From contig OZ024742.1 of assembly GCA_964016885.1 (NCBI GenBank), forward strand, positions 167,710,001-167,774,000: DNA of 64,000 bases, given 5' to 3'. Positions 51,462 to 61,883 of the stretch are shown here, in pieces. Source of the DNA: Eledone cirrhosa. Lineage: Eukaryota. How positions within the stretch are numbered: position 1 is the stretch's first letter; the number at the start of each line of letters is the position of its first letter. The position numbers were made by a program, and so were the translations under genes. The notes beneath the pieces were generated by a model. It was not told where the DNA came from, did no database searches, and was given only the letters and a program-made list of their open reading frames with translations.

Positions 51462-54400
51462 CAAGGGGAGATAATTTCCAGCCTTCCAAGGGGAGATAAT
51501 TTTCAGCCGTCCAAGGGGAGATGATTTCCCGCCAGCCAAGGGAAGATAATATTTTAAAAAATCAGGCGGAGACAATTTGTAAAAAAAATCAGAGGGAGAT
51601 AATTTGTAAAAAAATCAGGGGGAGATAATTTGTAAAAAAAAAATCAGGGGGAGATAATTTGTAAAAAAAATCAGGGGGAGATAATTTGTAAAAAAAAATC
51701 AGGGGTAGATAATTTGTAAAAAAAAATCAGGGGGAGATAATTTGTAAAAAAAAATCAAGGGGAGATAATTTGTAAAAAAAATCAGGGGGAGATAATTAGT
51801 AAAAAAATCAAGGGGAGATAATTTCCAGCCGTCCAAGGGGAGGTAATATCTAGCCGTCCAAGGGGAGATAATTTCCAGCCGTCCAAGGGGAGATAATTTC
51901 CAGCCGTCCAAGGGCAGATAATATCCAGCCGTCCAAGTAGACATATTTTCCAGCCGTCCAAGGAGAGGTAATTTCTAGCCGTCCAAGGGGAGATAAATTC
52001 CAGCCTCCAAGGGGAGATAATTTCCAGCCAGCTAAGGGGAGATAATTTGTAAAAAAATCAGGGGGAGATAATTTGTAAAAAAAATCAGGGGGAGATGATT
52101 TGTAAAAAAAAATCAGGGGGAGATAATTTGTAAAAAAAATCAGGGGGAGATAATTTGTAAAAAAAAATCAGGGGGTGATAATTTGTAAAAAAAAATCAGG
52201 GGGAGATAATTTGTAAAAAAAAATCAGGGGGAGATAATTTGTAAAAAAAATCAAGGGGAGATAATTTCCAGCCGTCCAAGGGGAGATAATTTCCAGCCGT
52301 CCAAGGGGAGGTAATATCTAGCCGTCCAAGGGGAGATAATTTCCAGCCGTCCAAGAGGAGATAATTTCCAGCCGTCCAAGGGAAGATAATTTCAAGCCCT
52401 CCAAGGGGCTATAATTTCCAGTGTCCAAGGGGAGATAATTTCCAGCCAGCGAAGGGGAGATAATTTTTTTTTAAAAATCAGGGGGAGATTTGTAAAAAAA
52501 ATCAGGGGGAGATAATTTGTAAAAAAAATCAAGGGGAGATAATTTCCAGCCGTCGAAGGGAAGATAATTTCCAGCCCTCCAAGGGGCTATAATTTCCAGC
52601 GTCCAAGGGGAGATAATTTCCAGCCAGCGAAGGGGAGATAATTTTTTTAAAAAAATCATTGGGAGATTTGTAAAAAAAATCAGGGAGAGATAATTTGTAA
52701 AAAAAATCAAGGGGAGATAATTTCCAGCCGTCCAAGGGGAGGTAATATCTAGCCGTCCAAGGGGAGATAATTTCCAGCCGTCCAAGGGGAGATAATTTCC
52801 AGCCGTCCAAGGGTAGATAATATCCAGCCGTCGAAGTAGACATTTTCCAGCCGTCCAAGGAGAGGTAATTTCTAGCCGTCCAAGGGGAGATAAATTCCAG
52901 CCTCCAAGGGGAGATAATTTCCAGCCAGCCAAGGGGAGATAATTTGTAAAAAAATCAGGGGGAGATAATTTGTAAAAAAAATCAGGGGGAGATAATTTGT
53001 AAAAAAAATCAGGGGGAGATAATTTGTAAAAAAAAATCAGGGGGAGATAATTTGTAAAAAAAAATCAGGGGGAGATAATTTGTAAAAAAAATCAAGGGGA
53101 GATAATTTCCAGCCGTCCAAGGGGAGATAATTTTCAGCCGTCCAAGGGGAGATAATTTCCAGCCGTCCAAGGGGAGATAATTTCCAGCCGTCCAAGGGGA
53201 GATAATTTCCAGCCGTCCAAGGGGAGATAGTTTTTTTAAAAAAATCAGGCGGAGATAATTTGTAAAAAAAAAATCAGGGGGAGATAATTTGTAAAAAAAA
53301 ATCAGGGGGAGATAATTTGTAAAAAAAAATCAAGGGGAGATAATTTGTAAAAAAAATCAGGGGGAGATAATTAGTAAAAAAATCAAGGGGAGATAATTTC
53401 CAGCCGTCCAAGGGGAGGTAATATCTAGCCGTCCAAGGGGAGATAATTTCCAGCCGTCCAAGGGGAGATAATTTCCAGCCGTCCAAGGGTAGATAATATC
53501 CAGCCGTCCAAGTAGACATATTTTCCAGCCGTCCAAGGAGAGGTAATTTCTAGCCGTCCAAGGGGAGATAAATTCCAGCCTCCAAGGGGAGATAATTTCC
53601 AGCCAGCCAAGGGGAGATAATTTGTAAAAAAATCAGGGGGAGATAATTTGTAAAAAAAATCAGGGGGAGATAATTTGTAAAAAAAATCAGGGGGAGATAA
53701 TTTGTAAAAAAAAATCAGGGGGAGATAATTTGTAAAAAAAAATCAGGGGGAGATAATTTGTAAAAAAAAATCAGGGGGAGATAATTTGTAAAAAAAATCA
53801 AGGGGAGATAATTTCCAGCCGTCCAAGGGGAGATAATTTCCAGCCGTCCAAGGGGAGGTAATATCTAGCCGTCCAAGGGGAGATAATTTCCAGCCGTCCA
53901 AGAGGAGATAATTTCCAGCCGTCCAAGGGAAGATAATTTCAAGCCCTCCAAGGGGCTATAATTTCCAGTGTCCAAGGGGAGATAATTTCCAGCCAGCGAA
54001 GGGGAGATAATTTTTTTTTAAAAATCAGGGGGAGATTTGTAAAAAAAATCAGGGGGAGATAATTTGTAAAAAAAATCAAGGGGAGATAATTTCCAGCCGT
54101 CGAAGGGGAGATAATTTCCAGCCAGCGAAGGGGAGATAATTTTTTTTTAAAAATCAGGGGGAGATTTGTAAAAAAAATCAGGGGGAGATAATTTGTAAAA
54201 AAAAATCAGGGGGAGATAATTTGTAAAAAAAATCAATTGGAGATAATTTCCAGCCGTCCAAGTAGAGATAATTTAAAAAAAAAATCAGGCGGAGATAATT
54301 TGTAAAAAAAAATCAGGGGGAGATAATTTGTAAAAAAAAATCAGGGGTAGATAATTTGTAAAAAAAAATCAGGGGGATGATAATTTGTAAAAAAATCAGG

Positions 54401-57400
54401 GGGAGATAATTTGTAAAAAAAATCAAGGGGAGATAATTTCCAGCCGTCCAAGGAGAGATAATTTTAAAAAAAAATCAGGCGGAGATAATTTGTAAAAAAA
54501 AATCAGGGGGAGATAATTTGTAAAAAAAAATCAGGGGGAGATAATTTGTAAAAAAAATCAAGGGGAGATAATTTCCAGCCGTCGAAGGGAAGATAATTTC
54601 CAGCCCTCCAAGGGGCTATAATTTCCAGCGTCCAAGGGGAGATAATTTCCAGCCAGCGAAGGGGAGATAATTTTTTTTAAAAAATCATTGGGAGATTTGT
54701 AAAAAAAATCAGGGGGAGATAATTTGTAAAAAAAATCAAGGGGAGATAATTTCCAGCCGTCCAAGGGGAGGTAATATCTAGCCGTCCAAGGGGAGATAAT
54801 TTCCAGCCGTCCAAGGGGAGATAATTTCCAGCCGTCCAAGGGTAGATAATATCCAGCCGTCCAAGTAGACATTTTCCAGCCGTCCAAGGAGAGGTAATTT
54901 CTAGCCGTCCAAGGGGAGATAAATTCCAGCCTCCAAGGGGAGATAATTTCCCGCCAGCCAAGGGAAGATAATTTTAAAAAAAATCAGGCGGAGATTGTAA
55001 AAAAAATCAGGGGGAGATAATTTGTAAAAAAATCAGGGGGAGATAATTTGTAAAAAAAAAATCAGGGGGAGATAATTTGTAAAAAAAAATCAGGGGGAGA
55101 TAATTTGTAAAAAAATCAAGGGGAGATAATATGCAGCTGTCCAAGGGGAGATAATTTTCAGCCGTCCAAGGGGAGATAATTTCCCGCCAGCCAAGGGAAG
55201 ATAATATTTAAAAAAATCAGGGGGAGATAATTTGTAAAAAAAAATCAGGGGGAGATAATTTGTAAAAAAAATCAGGGGGAGATAATTTGTAAAAAAAATC
55301 AAGGGGAGATAATTTCCAGCCGTCCAAGGGAAGATAATTTCCAGCCCTCCAAGGGGCTATAATTTCCAACGTCCAAGGGGAGATAATTTCCAGCCAGCGA
55401 AGGGGAGATAATTTTTTTAAAAAAATCACTGGGAGATTTGTAAAAAAAATCAGGGGGAGATAATTTGTAAAAAAAATCAAGGGGAGATAATTTCCAGCCG
55501 TCCAAAGAGAGATAATTTCTAGCCGTCCAAGGGGAGATAATTCCCAGCCGTCCAAGGGGAGATAATTTTTAAAAAATCAGGTGGAGATAATTTGTAAAAA
55601 AAATCAGTGGAAGATAATTTGTAAAAACAAAATCAAGGGCAGATAATTTCCAGCCGTCCAAGGGGAGATAATTTCCCGCCAGCCAAGGTAGGATAATATT
55701 TAAAAAAATCAGGCGGAGATAATTTGTAAAAAAAATCAGGGGGAGATAATTTGTAAAAAAATCAGGGGGAGATAATTTGTAAAAGAAAAATCAGGGTCAG
55801 ATAATTTGTAAAAAAAATCAGGGGGAGATAATTTGTAAAAAAAAATCAGGGGTAGATAATTTGTAAAAAAAAATCAGGGGGAGATAATTTGTAAAAAAAA
55901 TCAAGAGGAGATAATTTCCAGCCGTCCAAGGAGAGATAATTTAAAAAAAAAATCAGGCGGAGATAATTTGTAAAAAAATCAAGGGGAGATAATTTCCAGC
56001 CGTCCAAGGGAAGATAATTTCCAGCCCTCCAAGGGGCTATAATTTCCAGTGTCCAAGGGGAGATAATTTCCAGCCAGCGAAGGGGAGATAATTTTTTTAA
56101 AAAAATCAGGGGGAGATTTGTAAAAAAAATCAGAGGGAGATAATTTGTAAAAAAAATCAAAGGGAGATAATTTCCAGCCGTCCAAAGAGAGATAATTTCT
56201 AGCCGTCCAAGGGGAGATAATTTCCAGCCAAGGGGAGATAATTTCCAGCCGTGCAAGGGGAGATAATTTCCAGCCGTCGAAGGGGAGATAATTTCCATCC
56301 TTCCAAGGGGAGATAATTTCCAGCTGTCCAAGGGGAGATAATTTCCCGCCAGCCAAGGGAAGATAATTTTTTAAAAAATCAGGCGGAGATTGTAAAAAAA
56401 TTCAGGGGGAGATAATTTGTAAAAAAATCAGGGGCAGATAATTTGTAAAAAAAAAATCAGGGGGAGATAATTTGTAAAAAAAAATCAGGGGGAGATAATT
56501 TGTAAAAAAGATTAAGGGGAGATAATTTGCAGCCGTCCAAGGGGAGATAATTTTCAGCCGTCCAAGGAGAGGTAATTTCTAGCCGTCCAAGGGGAGATAA
56601 TTTCCAGCCGTCCAAGGGGAGATAATTTCCAGTCGTCCAAGGGAAGATAATTTTTTTAAAAAAATCAGGCGGAGATAATTTGTAAAAAAAAATCAGGGGG
56701 AGATAATTTGTAAAAATTCAAGGGGAGATAATTTCCAGCCGTCCAAGGGAAGATAATTTCCAGCCCTCCAAGGGGCTATAATTTCCAGCGTCCAAGGGGA
56801 GATAATTTCCAGCCAGCGAGGGGGAGATAATTTTTTTTAAAAAAATCAGGGGGAGATAATTTGTAAAAAAAATCAGGGGGAGATAATTTGTAAATAAAAT
56901 CAAGGGGAGATAATTTCCAGCCGTCCAAAGAGAGATAATTTCTAGCCGTCCAAGGGGAGATAATTTCCAGCCAAGGGGAGATAATTTCCAGCCGTCCAAG
57001 GGGAGATAATTTTTTAAAAAATCAGGTGGAGATAATTTGTAAAAATAATCAGGGGAAGATAATTTGTAAAAACAAAATCAAGGGCAGATAATTTCCAGCC
57101 GTCCAAGGGGAGATAATTTCCAGCAGTGCAAGGGGAGATAATTTCCAGCCGTCCAAGGGGAGATAATTTCCATCCTTCCAAGGGGAGATAATTTCCAGCC
57201 GTCCAAGGGGAGATAATTTCCCGCCAGCCAAGGAGAGATAATATTTAAAAAAATCAGGCGGAGATAATTTGTAAAAAAAATCAGGGGGAGATAATTTGTA
57301 AAAAAATCAGGGGGAGATAATTTGTAAAAAAAATCAGGGGGAGATAATTTGTAAAAAGAAAATCAGGGGTAGATAATTTGTAAAAAAAAATCAGGGGGAG

Positions 57401-60400
57401 ATAATTTGTAAAAAAAAAATCAGGGGGAGATAATTTGTAAAAAAATCAAGGGGAGATAATTTGCAGCCGTCCAAGGGGAGATAATTTTCAGCCGTCCAAG
57501 GAGAGGTAATTTCTAGCCGTCCAAGGGGAGATAATTTCCAGCCGTCCAAGGGGAGATAATTTCCAGCCGTCCAAGGGGAGATAATTTTTAAAAAGAAATC
57601 AGGCGGAGATAATTTGTAAACAAAAATCAGGGGGAGATAATTTGTAAAAAAAAATCAGGGGGAGATAATTTGTAAAAAAAATCAGGGGGAAATAATTTGT
57701 AAAAAAAATCAAGCGGAGATAATTTCCAGCCGTCCAAGGGGAGGTAATATCTAGCCATCCAAGGGGAGATAATTTCCAGCCGTCCAAGGGGAGATAATTT
57801 CCAGCCGTCCAAGGGGAGATAATTTCCAGCCGTCCAAGGAGACATATTTTCCAGCCGTCCAAGGAGAGGTAATATCTAGCCGTACAAGGGGAGATAAATT
57901 CCAGCATCCAAGGGGAGATAATTTCCAGCCAGCCAAGGGGAGATAATTTGTAAAAAAATCAGGGGGAGATAATTTGTAAAAAAAATCAGGGGGAGATAAT
58001 TTGTAAAAAAAATCAGAGGGAGATAATTTGTAAAAAAAAATCAGGGGGAGATAATTTGTAAAAAAAATCAAGGGGAGATAATTTCCAGCCGTCCAAGGGG
58101 AGATAATTTGCAGCCGTCCAAGGGGAGATAATTTCCAGCCGTCCAAGGGGAGATAAGTTGTAAAAAAAAATCAGGCGGAGATAATTTGTAAAAAAAATCA
58201 AGGGGAGATAATTTGTAAAAAAAAATCAGGGGGAGATAATTTGTAAAAAAAATCAAGGGGAGATAATTTCCAGCCGTCCAAGGGAAGATAATTTCCAGCA
58301 CTCCAACGGGCTATAATTTGCAGTGTCCAAGGGGAGATAATTTCCAGCCAGCGAAGGGGAGATAATTTTTTTAAAAAAATCAGGGGGAGATATGTAAAAA
58401 AAATCAGAGGGAGATAATTTCTAAAAAAAATCAAAGGGAGATAATTTCCAGCCGTCCAAAGAGAGATAATTTCTAGCCGTCCAAGGGGAGATAATTTCCA
58501 GCCAAGGGGAGATAATTTCCAGCCGTCCAAGGGGAGATAATTATTTAAAAAATCAGGTGGAGATAATTTGTAAAAAAAATCAGGGGGAGATAATTTGTAA
58601 AAACAAAATCAAGGGCAGATAATTTCCAGCTGTCCAAGGGGAGATAATTTCCAGCCGTGCAAGGGGAGATAATTTCCAGCCGTCCAAGGGGAGATAATTT
58701 CCATCCTTCCAAGGGGAGATAATTTCCAGCCGTCCAAGGGGAGATAATTTCCCGCCAGCCAAGGAAAGATAATTTTTTAAAAAATCAGGCGGAGATTGTA
58801 AAAAAAATCAGGGGGAGATAATTTGTAAAAAAATCAGGAGGAGATAATTTGTAAAAAAATCAAGGGGAGATAATTTCCAGCTGTCCAAGGGGAGGTAATA
58901 TCTAGCCGTCCAAGGGGAGATAATTTTCAGCCGTCCAAGGGGAGATAATTTCCAGCCGTCCAAGGGTAGATAATATCCAGCCGTCCAAGGAGACATATTT
59001 TCCAGCCGTCCAAGGAGAGGTAATTTCTAGCCGTCCAAGTGGAGATAAATTATAGCCTCCAAGGGGAGATAATTTCCAGCCAGCCAAGGGGAGATAATTT
59101 GTAAAAAAATCAGGGGGAGATAATTTGTAAAAAAAATCAGGGGGAGATAATTTGTAAAAAAAAATCAGGGGGAGATAATTTGTAAAAAAAATCAGGGGGA
59201 GATAATTTGTAAAAAAATCAAGGGGAGATAATTTCCAGCCGTCCAAGGAGAGATAATTTAAAAAAAAAATCAGGCGGAGATAATTTGTAAAAAAAAATCA
59301 GGGGGAGATAATTTGTAAAAATAAATCAGGGGGAGATAATTTATAAAAAAAATCAAGGGGAGATAATTTCCAGCCGTCCAAGGGGAGATAATTTTCAGCC
59401 GTCCAAGGGGAGATAATTTCCAGCCGTCCAAGGGGAGATAATTTTAAAAAAAAATCAGGCGGAGATAATTTGTAAAAAAAATCAAGGGTAGATAATTTGC
59501 AACCGTCCAAGGGGACATAATTTTCAGTCGTCCAAGGAGAGGTAATTTCTAGCCGTACAAGGGGAGATAATTTCCAGCCGTCCAAGGGGAGATAATTTCC
59601 AGCCGTCCAAGGGGAGATAATTTTTTTTTAAAAATCAGGCGGAGATAATTTGTAAAAAAAAAATCAGGGGGAGATAATTTGCAAAAAAAAATCAGGGGGA
59701 GATAATTTGTAAAAAAAAATCAGGGGGAGATAATTTGTAAAAAAAATCAAGGGGAGATAATTTCCAGCCGTCCAAGGGAAGATAATTTCCAGCCCTCCAA
59801 GGGGCTATAATTTCCAGCGTCCAAGGGGAGATAATTTCCAGCCAGCGAAGGGGAGATAATTGTTTTAAAAAAATCATTGGGAGATTTGTAAAAAAAATCA
59901 GGGGGAGATAATTAATAAAAAAAATCAAGGGGAGATAATTCCCAGCCGTCCAAGGGGAGGTAATATCTAGCCGTCCAAGGGGAGATAATTTCCAGCCGTC
60001 CAAGGGGAGATAATTTCCAGCCGTCCAAGGGTAGATAATATCCAGCCGTCCAAGGGTAGATAATATCCAGCCGTCCAAGGAGACATATTTTCCAGCCGTC
60101 CAAGGAGAGGTAATTTCTAGCCGTCCAAGGGGAGATAAATTCCAGCCTCCAAGGGGAGATAATTTCCAGCCAGCCAAGGGGAGATAATTTGTAAAAAAAT
60201 CAGGGGGAGATAATTTGTAAAATAAATCAGGGGTAGATAATTTGTAAAAAAAAATCAGGGGGAGATAATTTGTAAAAAAAAATCAGGGGGAGATAATTTG
60301 TAAAAAAAATCAAGGGGAGATAATTTCCAGCCGTCCAAGGAGAGATAATTTTAAAAAAAAATCAGGCGGAGATAATTTGTAAAAAAAAATCAGGGGGAGA

Positions 60401-61883
60401 TAATTTGTAAAAAAAAATCAGGGGGAGATAATTTGTAAAAAAAATCAAGGGGAGATAATTTCCAGCCGTCCAAGGGGAGATAATTTCCAGCCGTCCAAGG
60501 GGAAATAATTTTTTTAAAAAAATCAGGCGGAGATAATTTGTAAAAAAAATCAGGGGGAGATAATTTGTAAAAAAAAATCAGGGGGAGATAATTTGTAAAA
60601 AAAAATCAGGGAGAGATAATTTCCAGCCGTCCAAGGTAAGATAATTTCCAGCCCTCCAAGGGGCTATAATTTCCAGCATCCAAGGGGAGATAATTTCCAG
60701 CCGTCCAAGGGTAGATAATATCCAGCCGTCCAAGTAGACATATTTTCCAGCCGTCCAAGGAGAGGTAATTTCTAGCCGTCCAAGGGGAGATAAATTACAG
60801 CCTCCAAGGGGAGATAATTTCCAGCCGTCCAAGGGGAGATAATTTAAAAAAAAAAACAGGCGAAGATAATTTGTAAAAAAAAAATCAGGGGGAGATAATT
60901 TGTAAAAAAAAATCAGGGGGAGATAATTTGTAAAAAAAAATCAGGGGGAGGTAATTTGTGAAAAAAAATCAAGGGGAGATAATTTCCAGCCGTCCAAGGG
61001 AAGATAATTTCCAGCCCTCCAAGGGGCTATAATTTCCAGCGTCCAAGGGGAGATAATTTCCAGCCAGCGAAGGGGAGATAATTTTTTTTTTTTAAATCAG
61101 GGGGACATAATTTGTAAAAAAAATCAGGGGGAGATAATTTGTAAAAAAAATCAGGGGGAGATAATTTGTAAAAAAAATCAAGGGGAGATAATTTGTAAAA
61201 AAAAATCAAGGGGAGATAATTTCCAGCCGTCCAAGGAGAGATAATTTTCAGCCGTCCAAGGGGAGATAATTTCCCGCCAGCCAAGGAAAGATAATATTTA
61301 AAAAAATCAGGCGGAGATAATTTGTAAAAAAAATCAGGGGGAGATAATTTGTAAAAAAATCAGGGGGAGATAATTTGTAAAAAAAAAATCAGGGGGAGAT
61401 AATTTGTAAAAAAAATCAGGGGGAGATAATTTGTAAAAAAAAATCAGGGGGAGATAATTTGTAAAAAAAAATCAGGGGGAGATAATTTGTAAAAAAAATC
61501 AATTGGAGATAATTTCCAGCCGTCCAAGGGGAGATAATTTTCAGCCGTCCAAGGAGAGGTAATTTCTAGACGTCCAAGGGGAGACAATTTCCAGCCGTCC
61601 AAGGGGAGATAATTTCCAGCCGTCCAAGGGTAGATAATATCCAGCCGTCCAAGGAGACATATTTTCCAGCTTTCCAAGGAGAGGTAATTTCTAGCCGTCC
61701 AAGGGGAGATAAATTCCAGCCTCCAAGGGGAGATAATTTCCAGCCAGCCAAGGGGAGATAATTTGTAAAAAAATCAGGGGGAGATAATTTGTAAAAAAAA
61801 ATCAGGGGCAGATAATTTGTAAAAAAAATCAGGGGGAGATAATTTGTAAAAAAAATCAGGGGGAGATAATTTGTAAAAAAAAT
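51462..61883 (+). repeat. ~11-kb higher-order repeat, copy 2 (10,422 bp)
   Basis: ORF offsets to copy 1 are 10,249 (41450->51699, 45597->55846), 10,221 (46497->56718) and 10,422 (48386->58808, 51144->61566). Confidence 0.9.

Noticed and set aside
14462-51720. Apparent preference of rearrangement breakpoints for B blocks
   Set aside because: There are few events, B makes up about half the sequence and breakpoints there are poorly resolved. At least two junctions (~37,050 and ~51,460) fall in A or core sequence.
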